Assembly: GCA_050303855.1 (NCBI GenBank)
Contig: JBNLCO010000006.1
Span: 1,820-65,819 of the forward strand
Length of the DNA: 64,000 nt
Reading direction: 5' to 3'
Origin: Candidatus Pacearchaeota archaeon
GTDB taxonomy: Archaea; Nanobdellota; Nanobdellia; Pacearchaeales; GW2011-AR1
The position numbers and the translations under genes are program-made. The notes under the pieces were generated by a model, which searched no databases, was not told the origin of the DNA, and saw only the letters and a list, made by a program, of their open reading frames with translations. Below, piece by piece: positions 46,560 to 55,836 of the stretch. Within the stretch, counting starts at the first letter, position 1. Each line of letters starts with the position of its first letter.

Positions 46560-48227
46560 TTACAAATCTGAGAAATTTTTCTCTCCATCAAGCAAATCTC
46601 TTAAAATATTTCTTAAATCCTTGATCAAAATTCTTTTTTGTTCTTTTGTATCTCTAAATCTTAAAGTTACATCTTTATTTTTTAGTGAATCCTCGTCGAT
46701 AGTTATACAAAAAGGTGTACCCACTTCATCATTTCTTGCATATCTTCTTCCAATACTTCCCGACTTGTCATAAACAACATTAAATTCTTTTTTCAAATTT
46801 CTAACAATATCTTTCGATAAAACATCAAAGTCTTCTCTTTTAATCAAAGGAAAAACTGCAGCTTTTATAGGCGAAAGCCTAAACGGAAGTTTCAAAACAG
46901 TATTATCTTTATCATCAACGCAATAAGATTTGGTCAAAACAGCCAAAAATATTCTTTCAATACCAAAGGTAGGCTCTATAACTCTCGGAATAACCTTTTT
47001 GCCAGTTCTCTCGTCGAAAATTTCCATTTTTTCCTTACTTTCTTTTTGATGTTGTGTTAAATCATACTGGCCACGGTTAGCATTTCCTGCAACTTCTTTT
47101 GAACCAAAAGGATATTCGTAGTCAATATCAAAAGTTGCAGAGCTATAATGACTCAATTCATCTTTTGTATGCTCTCTAATTTTAATTTCGTCTAAATTTA
47201 ATCTTCTAAACCAAATTATTTGTTCAGCAAGCCAATAAGCGTGCCATTCACCCAACTTTTTTTTCTCAATTAATTCTTTTATTGTTGCCTTCTCAAGAGA
47301 GTTAGAATCATTCTTTTGATTCTCTTCAGATAAGAAACTAAATTTAACATTCAAATGTTCTTCATCAAGTAAATCACACTTCTCATCTTCAGGGTTAATA
47401 AAAAATTCAAATTCTCCTATATGAAATTCCCTACTTCTAAACAAAAAGTCTCTCGGAGCAATCTCATTCCTAAAACATCTTCCAATCTGTGCAACACCAA
47501 AAGGCAATTGTTGCCTAGTAGTTTGAGAGATCAATTTAAAATCCAAAAACATTCCTTGAGCAGTTTCTCCTCTAAGATAAGCTTTCTGTGTGCTTTCTCC
47601 AACACCCACATCAGTTCCAAACATTAAATTAAATTTACCTTGAGATTCATACTCTCCTCCGCAATCAGGACAATTAACTTTACCAACTTCATTTTCATCT
47701 AACTTTCCAGTCTTTCCGCATTTCTTACATTTAACAAAAACATCAGCAAAATTGTCTAAATGACCCGAAGCCTTCCAAGTTCTAGGGTGGGAAATTATAG
47801 ACCCCTCCATACCCACCATGTTGTCTTTATCATGAACAAAGAAATTCCACCATTCCTTCTTTATATTATTAAACAACTCAACACCTAAAGGACCATAGTC
47901 CCAAAAACCAGCAAAACCTCCATAAATATCGCTTGATCTATAAACAAAACCCTTCTCCTTACAAAACTTAGCAAGTTCTTCAACAGAAACATCTTTTCTC
48001 TTCAAAACATCTTGATTTTCTTCTTGAATCGTTTCCATATCTTGATTAGCATCATTTCTATTTTTAAGAATTTCTGTCATCTTTTTTTCAGCCTCATCAC
48101 GAGTTTTCCCCAAATAAGCCATGTGTTTACTTACAACTTTTCCATTTTCACGAACAGCTTTCCTAAGATAAAAATAATCTTTTCCATTAATTTTCTGTTT
48201 TGCTATGTACATACTAAAAATAAACAA
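46560..48227 (-). CDS. glyS: Glycyl-tRNA synthetase (archaeal/eukaryotic alpha2 type) with an N-terminal extension of about 70 aa.
   Basis: GGFAGFWDYGPLGVELFNNIK, class II motifs and a C-terminal anticodon-binding domain. The N-terminal extension (YIAKQKINGKDYFYLRKAVRENGKV...) has unknown function and the true start is uncertain. Confidence 0.8.
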   Translation of the reverse strand: MFIFSMYIAKQKINGKDYFYLRKAVRENGKVVSKHMAYLGKTRDEAEKKMTEILKNRNDANQDMETIQEENQDVLKRKDVSVEELAKFCKEKGFVYRSSDIYGGFAGFWDYGPLGVELFNNIKKEWWNFFVHDKDNMVGMEGSIISHPRTWKASGHLDNFADVFVKCKKCGKTGKLDENEVGKVNCPDCGGEYESQGKFNLMFGTDVGVGESTQKAYLRGETAQGMFLDFKLISQTTRQQLPFGVAQIGRCFRNEIAPRDFLFRSREFHIGEFEFFINPEDEKCDLLDEEHLNVKFSFLSEENQKNDSNSLEKATIKELIEKKKLGEWHAYWLAEQIIWFRRLNLDEIKIREHTKDELSHYSSATFDIDYEYPFGSKEVAGNANRGQYDLTQHQKESKEKMEIFDERTGKKVIPRVIEPTFGIERIFLAVLTKSYCVDDKDNTVLKLPFRLSPIKAAVFPLIKREDFDVLSKDIVRNLKKEFNVVYDKSGSIGRRYARNDEVGTPFCITIDEDSLKNKDVTLRFRDTKEQKRILIKDLRNILRDLLDGEKNFSDL

Positions 48228-48242
48228 GTAGTGTATAAAAAG

Positions 48243-48656
48243 TTATTCACCAATAATTTTAACTAAAATTTTTTTATCTCTCTGACCATCAAACTCTCCA
48301 TAGAAAATTTCTTCCCAAGGACCAAAATCTAATTTATAATCCGTGAGGGAAATAACGACTTCTCTCCCCATGATTGTTCTCCACAAATGAGCAAAACCAT
48401 TATCTTCTCCTGTCTGATGATGATTATAATCAAACTTCTGAGGTGCGAGTTTCTCCAACCATATCTTAAAATCTCTTAACAAACCTCCTTCATTATCATT
48501 GATAAAAACCGAGGCGGTAATATGCATTGGATTAACTAAAACCAAACCATCTTGAATTCCAGATTCCTTAACAACTTGCAAAACTTTATCAGTAATATTA
48601 ACAAATTCTATTTTTTCTTCCGTGTTAATCAAAATCTTTTTTGTATAAGTGTGCAT
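48243..48656 (-). CDS. YjbQ/UPF0047-family protein.
   Basis: Family-typical blocks ([23 protein letters not shown]...[13 protein letters not shown]). Confidence 0.7.
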   Translation of the reverse strand: MHTYTKKILINTEEKIEFVNITDKVLQVVKESGIQDGLVLVNPMHITASVFINDNEGGLLRDFKIWLEKLAPQKFDYNHHQTGEDNGFAHLWRTIMGREVVISLTDYKLDFGPWEEIFYGEFDGQRDKKILVKIIGE

Positions 48657-48657
48657 T

Positions 48658-49509
48658 TTAATCTAATAGTATTTTCTTCAGTCTATAAAACTTTTTGGTA
48701 AATTTTCTATTTTCAATCATTGAATAAATCTTCCAAACTGACCAACAAAAAGCATAAAATTTAATTTCTTCTAAGTCATAATTCCGATAGCCTTCTAGAA
48801 GCTTTTCAAACTTATAATCTTCGCTGTGATCAATATACATCCTTGCAAAATCTTGCATAGGAGGACCAACAGATAAATCGGCAAAATCCATTATCCCCTC
48901 AATCTTTCTATTATTAATTCGAATATTATAATCGGCAAAATCCGAATGAAGCATCACTGATTTCTTTGTATTCAAATAGTGTTTATTATTCTCATATTTT
49001 TCAAATATTCTAGACAATTCTTCTTTAGAAAAATAATCCAATTTTACTAACTTCTGCAAATCATTCTTAAACCAAGACTCAATAGCTTTCTTCTGAGTAG
49101 AAAAATTCCCAATTAATTTATTGGAAACCACGTCTCCAAAATTCTCCCCTTTTATTGTATGTATCTTTCTAAGAATTTCACCTAGTTCAAAGTATATTTG
49201 TTCAAAATCCTTTCTATCAAAGACAACATCATCTAAATCTTCTCCTTCCAAATAACTTTCAACAAGAAATTTCTTATCCAAAAGGATGATCTTAGGAACA
49301 GGTATCTTTTTGCTAGAACTTTTATTAATACCCAGTTCTTGCTTAGAAATCTTATTTTCTTCTCTAAGAGGAATTTTTAGAACAAATTTGCCTTTAGAAG
49401 TCTCAACAATATCAACTTTTTGATCAACACCTTTCGAAGAATCTGTTATGCTAATAATCGATGCCCCAAGACGATTCTGGAAGATATCCCGAATTTCTTT
49501 TTTATTCAT
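48658..49509 (-). CDS. APH/choline-kinase-like phosphotransferase.
   Basis: Brenner motif HSDFADYN and DFA(D) metal-binding motif (IMDFADLS). N-terminal lysine-containing lobe. Confidence 0.55.
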   Translation of the reverse strand: MNKKEIRDIFQNRLGASIISITDSSKGVDQKVDIVETSKGKFVLKIPLREENKISKQELGINKSSSKKIPVPKIILLDKKFLVESYLEGEDLDDVVFDRKDFEQIYFELGEILRKIHTIKGENFGDVVSNKLIGNFSTQKKAIESWFKNDLQKLVKLDYFSKEELSRIFEKYENNKHYLNTKKSVMLHSDFADYNIRINNRKIEGIMDFADLSVGPPMQDFARMYIDHSEDYKFEKLLEGYRNYDLEEIKFYAFCWSVWKIYSMIENRKFTKKFYRLKKILLD

Positions 49510-50072
49510 TTTAATATCTCAAGCATCTCAGGAATTTCCTTAGTTTCATTGAAATGCTCTTCGTTATGTTTAATCAAAGTCTTAGCTCCAAGTTTTTCTT
49601 TAAAAAATTCTTCATTACTCAAGGGAACATAAGGGTCATCATCTGAAAGAATACATAAGAAATTATCTGTATGGTCTCTAACTTTCTCAAAATCTATTGG
49701 GGTTTCCATCCAAGGTTTAGCAATTTCAACACTTTCTGGACCTTCTTCTTCAATAGTATTTTGATCTAATTCCATCCAAGGAGCAATAAAAACCGCACCC
49801 GCAATTTTAACATCTTTATCAAGAGTTTCCAAATATCTCAAAACTGCCTGACATCCAATGCTGTGTCCAATAAAATAAGTTTCTTCATCTAAACCAACAA
49901 CATTTTCCTTAAGAAAACCAATCCATTCTTCAATTTTAGGCTCTTCGGTATTTGGCATATCAAAAGAAATTAACTCTACGCCCTTCTTATCCAATTCACT
50001 TTTTAACCAACCAGACCAAGCTTCACTAGCACTACTTCCACCCCAACCATGAACAAAATAAACTCTTTTCAT
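49506..50072 (-). CDS. Alpha/beta-hydrolase serine esterase (YdeN/RBBP9-like).
   Basis: Nucleophile elbow GHSIG, 188 aa. HGWGGS oxyanion region. Confidence 0.65.
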   Translation of the reverse strand: MKRVYFVHGWGGSSASEAWSGWLKSELDKKGVELISFDMPNTEEPKIEEWIGFLKENVVGLDEETYFIGHSIGCQAVLRYLETLDKDVKIAGAVFIAPWMELDQNTIEEEGPESVEIAKPWMETPIDFEKVRDHTDNFLCILSDDDPYVPLSNEEFFKEKLGAKTLIKHNEEHFNETKEIPEMLEILK

Positions 50073-50079
50073 CTTAAAA

Positions 50080-50163
50080 TGCGGATATTAGGATTCGAAC
50101 CTAAGTAAGCACTAAGCTACAACGCCCTAAACGTCGCCCGTTTGACCACTCCGGCATATCCGC
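50080..50163 (-). tRNA. tRNA-Leu (anticodon TAG), class II with a long variable arm.
   Basis: Minus strand. Acceptor GCGGATA/TATCCGC. Anticodon stem CGACG/CGTTG with loop TTTAGGG. Variable stem-loop AGC-TTAGT-GCT. T-arm TTAGG-TTCGAAT-CCTAA. Discriminator A. Confidence 0.75.
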
Positions 50164-50268
50164 TTAATAATTTATCATAAAACCAGTATAAAAACCTTAG
50201 GTTATCCAAAATTGTTATCCAAAATCTGGGTAAATCACCTTTAAATAGACATTCAACACAAAAACAAA

Positions 50269-50517
50269 ATGGACGATGAAGCAATGCCCTTTGAATTATC
50301 AAAAAAGATATTCTGGATCCTGTTATTTTGTGTTGTGCAACTCTTTATATTTATGTACTTCAAAGCATACGGATCACTACTTGTATTAGGAGTATTCATA
50401 TTTATGCTCGTGTTCATTTCAAAGGATATAAAACTAAAGAAAGAACATGAAAACAAAGTTCTTAAAAAAATTGACTGGTACAAATCAAAATACACTTTAT
50501 CAAAAGAAATTCCTTAA
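50269..50517 (+). CDS. Small membrane protein, 82 aa.
   Basis: Two hydrophobic helices. Confidence 0.35.
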   Translation: MDDEAMPFELSKKIFWILLFCVVQLFIFMYFKAYGSLLVLGVFIFMLVFISKDIKLKKEHENKVLKKIDWYKSKYTLSKEIP

Positions 50518-50519
50518 AA

Positions 50520-51452
50520 TTACTCAGATTTCTTTTTCTTAGACTCAGCTTCTTTCTGCTTTATCTTTTCCTCTAAATCTAATTTCTCTATTAATTCCTT
50601 ATATCTATTTCTAATTGTAACTTCAGTAATACCTGCAATATCTGCAACCTCTCTTTGAGTTTTCTTCTCATCATTCATTAGTGCAGCAACATATAAAGCT
50701 GCAGCAGCAATACCCGCTGGACCTCTTCCTGAAGTCAACTCAACACTTTCTGCCTGCTTCAAAACCTTCAAAGCATCATTCTGAGTCTTAGGGCTAAGCT
50801 TCAACACCGAAGAGAATCTTGAAATATAATCTTTGGGTGAGCTCTGAGCAACCTTAATTCCCAATTTTCTTATAATAAATCTATATGTTCTACCAATTTC
50901 TTTTCTTTCAACATCTGAAGCAGTAGCCATCTCATCCAAGGTTCTTGGGATATTATAACTTCTACAAGCAGCATACAAACAAGCAGCAATAACTGACTCC
51001 ATGCTCCTACCTCTTACCAAACCCCTCTGTAAAACATAATTATAGATTCTTGAAGCTTCATCTCTTACCACATTAGGTAAATTCAAATAAGAAGCAATAA
51101 CCCTCAATTCAGCCATAGCCAATCTCAAATTTCTTTCAATACTTGTACTAACTCTTTCTTGCCATTTTTTTAATCTTAAGAATTTCCTAGTATGTTTTGG
51201 ATCCAATCTATAGATATCTGAAATTTCTCCAACATTTGTAGTTAAACCCTTATCAAATTTCTGCATAGAAATAGGAGCTCCACCCCTACCCTTTTTCTCA
51301 GATTTATCAAACTTACCAGATAAGTCTACTCCAGTATCAACCATCTTATCCTCAACAACAAGACCACAATCATTACAGATAACTTCCCCCAAATGAGAGT
51401 CATACGTTAAATTAACACTTCCACACTCAGGACATCTTCTTATATTCGCCAT
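50520..51452 (-). CDS. tfb: Transcription initiation factor IIB.
   Basis: N-terminal Zn ribbon CPECGS...CNDCG, B-finger/linker and two cyclin-fold repeats (...GRSMESVIAACLYAACR..., ...GRGPAGIAAAALYVAAL...). The first ATG gives MANIRRCPECG. The table ORF extends to an upstream TTG. Confidence 0.9.
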   Translation of the reverse strand: MANIRRCPECGSVNLTYDSHLGEVICNDCGLVVEDKMVDTGVDLSGKFDKSEKKGRGGAPISMQKFDKGLTTNVGEISDIYRLDPKHTRKFLRLKKWQERVSTSIERNLRLAMAELRVIASYLNLPNVVRDEASRIYNYVLQRGLVRGRSMESVIAACLYAACRSYNIPRTLDEMATASDVERKEIGRTYRFIIRKLGIKVAQSSPKDYISRFSSVLKLSPKTQNDALKVLKQAESVELTSGRGPAGIAAAALYVAALMNDEKKTQREVADIAGITEVTIRNRYKELIEKLDLEEKIKQKEAESKKKKSE

Positions 51453-51548
51453 TTTTAGAATTTTACTATTCAAAAGTTTAAGTAAGGTTTATAAACCTTT
51501 TCCATTTATAAAGCTTTCGGTAGATGTCGTCGTAAAAAATAGTAAAAG

Positions 51549-51917
51549 TTATTCTACAAGAATTCCGTTCAAAGTTCCTTCTTGGGTAGGTCTACTAGTA
51601 ATTCTAACCTTTCCTTTAGAGGTCTCAACAATTGTCCCCTTTGTAATAACATTCTGTCTTGCAAGGAATCTATTTGAAGGAGTTTCAAGAACATTACTTA
51701 TCTCTGCTTTGATAGTCTTTCCTTTATCTTGAATATTAACTGACTTAGCCCTAAGCAAAATAGTCTTCTTATTTCCCCCTAAAACTTTAGAAGATTTTCT
51801 CTTATCAGACTCAGAAAGCTTGACCAGCTTCTTCTGACCAGTTCTTTCATTTTTCTTCTTCTTTCTCTGTTTAATGTACTTCCCACCGGAAATCTTTTTA
51901 CCTTTCTTCGTTGTCAT
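51549..51917 (-). CDS. Hypothetical basic (Lys-rich) protein, about 122 aa. Possible SH3-like/KOW beta-barrel RNA-binding or ribosomal-type protein.
   Basis: Starts MTTKKGKKISGGKYIKQRKKKKNER. The longer table ORF (to 52232) overlaps the Sm gene antisense and is likely spurious upstream of this ATG. Confidence 0.4.
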   Translation of the reverse strand: MTTKKGKKISGGKYIKQRKKKKNERTGQKKLVKLSESDKRKSSKVLGGNKKTILLRAKSVNIQDKGKTIKAEISNVLETPSNRFLARQNVITKGTIVETSKGKVRITSRPTQEGTLNGILVE

Positions 51918-51927
51918 GTTAATCTGA

Positions 51928-52266
51928 TTGAAATTTGATTTAAAAACCTTACTAAAGCGACCCAGATTCAAACAAAGAGAAATGTTTAAAAACAAATTTC
52001 TCAATAATCCCATTATGGTTAACGGATACGAAAGACCTCTTGACCTTTTGAACAACTCAAAGGGAAAGGAAGTTTTAGTGCATTTGAAAGGCGACAAACA
52101 GTTCGTAGGAACTTTGCTAGCTTTTGACATCCACATAAATCTTGTGTTGGATAACGTCAAAGAAATGCAAAACGGAGAATTAAAGAAAAGTTTAGGATTG
52201 ACTTTCCTTCGAGGAGATACAATCATATACATTTCTCCAGCTTCAACAGCACTAAAGAAAGAGTAA
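51928..52266 (+). CDS. Sm-like archaeal protein (LSm/SmAP).
   Basis: Sm1/Sm2 motifs: RPLDLLNNSKGKEVLVHLKGDKQFVGTLLAFDIHINLVLDNVKE...FLRGDTIIYI. The true start is probably downstream (MFKNK... or MVNGYE...). Confidence 0.75.
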   Translation: MKFDLKTLLKRPRFKQREMFKNKFLNNPIMVNGYERPLDLLNNSKGKEVLVHLKGDKQFVGTLLAFDIHINLVLDNVKEMQNGELKKSLGLTFLRGDTIIYISPASTALKKE

Positions 52267-52370
52267 ATTGCGATTATGCCTAATTAATTTTCGCGAGGCC
52301 GATTTCTGGCTTATTATTGATAGTGTGAGCTTTAGGAAATTTTATTAAGTATCATTTACTAAAAAAAACA

Positions 52371-52592
52371 ATGACAAAAGAAAAAATTCAAACAGACAAA
52401 AATTGGCAATATGAAACTGGGTGGGCTATGGCTTTCTTTGCGATATGCCTATTTATTTTAACCTTTTTTGAATTTGGGACAAATTTATGGAAAGTTAGTT
52501 TTTCAATGGGTTTTGTATTCTCAATAGTTTCTTATATATTGATTTTTATAGGTCAATTGAGAGAGAAATGGAAACACATTAAATGGTTATGA
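52371..52592 (+). CDS. Small two-helix membrane protein, 73 aa.
   Basis: Hydrophobic segments. Confidence 0.3.
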   Translation: MTKEKIQTDKNWQYETGWAMAFFAICLFILTFFEFGTNLWKVSFSMGFVFSIVSYILIFIGQLREKWKHIKWL

Positions 52593-52630
52593 ATCACTAA
52601 TTATAAAAATCCTTTTTCTTTGTATATTCC

Positions 52631-53539
52631 ATGACAGAGAAAATAAAAATAACATTTCTAGGAACATCTGCAAGCATTCCTACTTTGAAGCGAAATCACA
52701 CCGCAATACTTCTTCAATACAAAAAAGAGAATATTCTAATAGATTGTGGAGAAGGAACTCAGAGACAATTCCGTAAAGCTAAACTAAACCCTGGAAAATT
52801 AACAAAAATTCTAATAACTCACTGGCATGGAGATCATGTCCTAGGTCTCCCCGGATTATTCCAAACCCTAGCTCTAAGCGAATATAATAAAGAACTAAGA
52901 ATATTTGGTCCAAAGAATACAAAAGAATATCTAAAAAACTTCATAAGAATATTCGTTCCCGTTTTTAGATTTAAAGCAAAAATAGAAGAAGTAACAAAAA
53001 AACAAAAATTCTTTGAGGACTCTGAGCTATACTTAGAATCTGAAATAATGGAACATGGAATTCCCACAAACGCATATAATTTTGTAATAAAAGATAAACT
53101 TAGAATTGACAAAAACAAACTAAAGAAAGCAAAAATTCCTCACGGAAAGCATTTATCCGAATTAAAGAATGGAAAGAACATAAAAGTCAAGGGAAAAACT
53201 TACAAGGCAAAAGATTTCACCTATTTAGAAAAGGGAAAGAAAATCTCATTCATAATTGATACGGTTTTCAACAAGAAAATTGAAAAATTTGTAGAAGACT
53301 CTGATCTATTAATTTGCGAAAGTAGCTTCGATGACACTGAATCAGAAACTGCAAAGGAACACAAACACATGACTTCAGGACAAGCAGGACAAATTGCAAA
53401 ACGTGCCAATGTCCAAAAACTTATTCTAACTCATATTTCACAACGTTACGAAACAAGACTTGATGAATTATTAAAAAATGCAAAGAAACATTTCAAGAAT
53501 TCTTCTATAGTAAATGATTTTGACACAATTGAGATATAA
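52631..53539 (+). CDS. rnz: Ribonuclease Z (tRNA 3' endonuclease).
   Basis: MBL motif HWHGDH. N-terminal FLGTSASIPT. 302 aa, short-form RNase Z. Confidence 0.85.
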   Translation: MTEKIKITFLGTSASIPTLKRNHTAILLQYKKENILIDCGEGTQRQFRKAKLNPGKLTKILITHWHGDHVLGLPGLFQTLALSEYNKELRIFGPKNTKEYLKNFIRIFVPVFRFKAKIEEVTKKQKFFEDSELYLESEIMEHGIPTNAYNFVIKDKLRIDKNKLKKAKIPHGKHLSELKNGKNIKVKGKTYKAKDFTYLEKGKKISFIIDTVFNKKIEKFVEDSDLLICESSFDDTESETAKEHKHMTSGQAGQIAKRANVQKLILTHISQRYETRLDELLKNAKKHFKNSSIVNDFDTIEI

Positions 53540-53546
53540 AGATAAA

Positions 53547-53672
53547 TGCCCCGGACAGGATTCGAACCTGCGACTTCCAGCTTACTTTCCAGACTTAACT
53601 GGATAGAAGGTTTGCCTAAATCTCATTTTATTCAATTTATCTGGCACTCTATCCAGGCTGAGTTACCGGAGC
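53547..53672 (-). tRNA. tRNA gene with an unusually long (about 40-46 nt) non-canonical insertion in the anticodon region. Isotype unresolved.
   Basis: Minus strand. Acceptor GCTCCGG/CCGGGGC. D-arm ACTC-AGCCTGGATA-GAGT. T-arm GCAGG-TTCGAAT-CCTGT. Discriminator A. Between the D-arm and T-arm there are about 73 nt containing CCAGA...TCTGG and a duplicated CCAG. No 7-nt loop with U33 can be formed by a single canonical 37/38 intron, so the intron is either non-canonical or multiple. Confidence 0.55.
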
Positions 53673-53706
53673 ATATTATAATCATATAAAATAGGGTTTA
53701 AAAGTT

Positions 53707-54444
53707 TTACATTTCATAAAGACTTTCTGGAATTAATTCATTTTGCAAGATCAATTCTCTTTGTTTAAGAGAAGAAGGGGTTGGACAAAAACCATGTTTT
53801 TTCCAGACAAGATATTTCGTAAATTTAGAGTAATTATTGAAACCTATAGAATCCATCCATTTATTTATTCTTTCTGGACCCCTAACAGCAATCCGATAAA
53901 CATCTGCCTCATTAACCTTCTTCTTTGAAGAAAAGTGAACAGAATGGCCAATGTTCAAGAAATCCAACAAAAAACTCAAATCAAAAATAATTTGCTTAGA
54001 AACAACACCAATAAAAATCCTCGGATAAGTATGATATTTTCTCTTAAAAGAAGAATATCCTTTTTCATAACGTTTCATAAAATTTAAACAACCATCACAA
54101 TCAGCAAAACCCCTTATAAAAGCCGAAATTATGTTCTTGTCTTTAGAAAATAAAATTTCATGTGGAATTTTTACCGAATAGGTCTTTCTACGAGTAAAAC
54201 CAAAATCCTTGAAAATCTTAATTATCTCCTTCCTACAGATGTAAAACCCATAAACAGAATTGCTTTCTTTCTCATGTGCATTTACATTTATTCCAAATAC
54301 TTTAGAAAACAAAGGGCAAACAACCCTATCATAGTATTCCTTATCTTCATGAATATTGCCCCACATACTAATATGATTCTCCTGCAAATTCCCATCTGCT
54401 GCAAACATTCCAAATATTTCCGAAAGACCTTCTGTAATCTCCAT
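53707..54444 (-). CDS. Free-standing two-motif LAGLIDADG-family protein (paralogue 3).
   Basis: Motifs LSEIFGMFAADGNL and FIRGFADCDGCL. It lies immediately upstream, on the same strand, of the unusual intron-containing tRNA. Confidence 0.6.
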   Translation of the reverse strand: MEITEGLSEIFGMFAADGNLQENHISMWGNIHEDKEYYDRVVCPLFSKVFGINVNAHEKESNSVYGFYICRKEIIKIFKDFGFTRRKTYSVKIPHEILFSKDKNIISAFIRGFADCDGCLNFMKRYEKGYSSFKRKYHTYPRIFIGVVSKQIIFDLSFLLDFLNIGHSVHFSSKKKVNEADVYRIAVRGPERINKWMDSIGFNNYSKFTKYLVWKKHGFCPTPSSLKQRELILQNELIPESLYEM

Positions 54445-54514
54445 TTCCTAAGAAATAAATAAACAGAAAAATAAATAAAAATTTAGCTAAACCCCAAAGT
54501 AACAACCAAGAAAA

Positions 54515-54925
54515 CTATATAGAAACAAGAATCAATCCAACTATAACTAAGTTGATTAACCAATAAACAGCATTAAAACAAAATAACGCCCAAGGCTTCA
54601 TATCCCACAATACACTTCCTAAAAGAGTTGTACTAACAAAGAATCCTAACCATATCCAAAGTGCAAGTGTTAAAACTCCACTAACCGTAATCATCCCTGT
54701 AGCTAAAATCAATAAACCAAATACACAAACCATAATAAAGGTCCCAAGAATATTCAATATCATAGCCTTAGCCATAACACCTTTCTTAGGCTTCTTCCCC
54801 TTCATATTCATACCATTTAGCCTCATCCAAGTCTTGCTAAAGATAACTCCATACCAAAGCCACCCAAATACAAAGCTAGCTACAAGAGCTACAACAACAG
54901 ACAAATAGTTTAAATCACCTAACAT
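54515..54925 (-). CDS. Polytopic membrane protein, 136 aa.
   Basis: Four hydrophobic helices. Confidence 0.4.
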   Translation of the reverse strand: MLGDLNYLSVVVALVASFVFGWLWYGVIFSKTWMRLNGMNMKGKKPKKGVMAKAMILNILGTFIMVCVFGLLILATGMITVSGVLTLALWIWLGFFVSTTLLGSVLWDMKPWALFCFNAVYWLINLVIVGLILVSI

Positions 54926-54972
54926 AAAAGAATGAAATGAAATTCATTTTAAATACTTTTCTAAATCATAGA

Positions 54973-54981
54973 TTTTAAAAA
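54973..54981 (+). promoter_or_regulatory. TATA-like box (TTTTAAAAA) about 28 bp upstream of tRNA-Cys.
   Basis: The spacing to the tRNA 5' end is about 28 nt. Confidence 0.4.
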
Positions 54982-55004
54982 CTTAAAACTAGTCCAATAA
55001 TTAT

Positions 55005-55077
55005 GCGGAGGTGGCACAGCGGCTACTGCGGTCGGCTGCAACCCGGCTTTTCGTGGGTTCGAGTCCCACCCTCCGCT
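55005..55077 (+). tRNA. tRNA-Cys (anticodon GCA).
   Basis: Acceptor GCGGAGG/CCTCCGC. D-stem of 3 bp. Anticodon stem GTCGG/CCGGC (one G-U). Loop CTGCAAC. T-arm GTGGG-TTCGAGT-CCCAC. Discriminator T. Confidence 0.75.
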
Positions 55078-55125
55078 TTCAAAATTCTATAAATCTTTAT
55101 AAAATACTTATCCCAAAAAAAATAC

Positions 55126-55836
55126 ATGAACAAAGCTACAATTTTAGGAGGATTAGCAACAATCTTAGCTCTAACAAGTTGTTCGATAGAAAATAAAATA
55201 CAAGAAAATCCAAAACCAAGAGCAACTTATCAAGAAAACGGACTTGCAAACATCTCAATACCAAAATATGAAAAGATTGGAGAGATAGGCGAACTAAAAA
55301 TTCAAGGTTTTAACAAATATTTTATACAAAAGATAGAAATAAGTGATACTGCAAATAATGAAGAAATGCTCCCTTTCATAATATATGATTTCAACAAGGA
55401 AAACAAAAAACTAGTCAAACAAAACATTAATCCAGACAACGAATACATTTTCTTAAAAGCAAGGGCAGAAACACCTTCCAAAAACAACCTTATTCAAGAA
55501 CTAGAAATACTGGGATATCGTTCAAAAAATCCTAGCCTCCAATCAGATTCAACAATAAGGGTTTACACCATAGACAATATCCAAAGGGCCTTAAAACCGT
55601 TCAGCCTATTAAAAACAGATTACATATATCCTTTAGTAACAACCAGCGATGAAAAAGCAGAAGGAAAAACACCCTTTTATGTAATCCCTGCTAACAACAA
55701 CATAGAAATCTCTGAAGAAAACGAAAGTGCACTAATAAAAACTCCTGGAGAAATATACAGAGGGATCAATCCAAAAATAGCAACTCCCTTTGAAAATATA
55801 AGAAAATCGGTTATAGATTTAAGAGATTTCTTCTAA
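55126..55836 (+). CDS. Putative secreted lipoprotein, 236 aa.
   Basis: N-terminal signal with lipobox-like LALTSC. Confidence 0.45.
   Translation: MNKATILGGLATILALTSCSIENKIQENPKPRATYQENGLANISIPKYEKIGEIGELKIQGFNKYFIQKIEISDTANNEEMLPFIIYDFNKENKKLVKQNINPDNEYIFLKARAETPSKNNLIQELEILGYRSKNPSLQSDSTIRVYTIDNIQRALKPFSLLKTDYIYPLVTTSDEKAEGKTPFYVIPANNNIEISEENESALIKTPGEIYRGINPKIATPFENIRKSVIDLRDFF

Noticed and set aside
51918-52232. N-terminal 105 aa of the 227-aa minus-strand ORF
   Set aside because: It overlaps the Sm protein gene in antisense. The sequence is Cys/Phe/Leu-rich, unlike the basic C-terminal part. The internal ATG is the likelier start.
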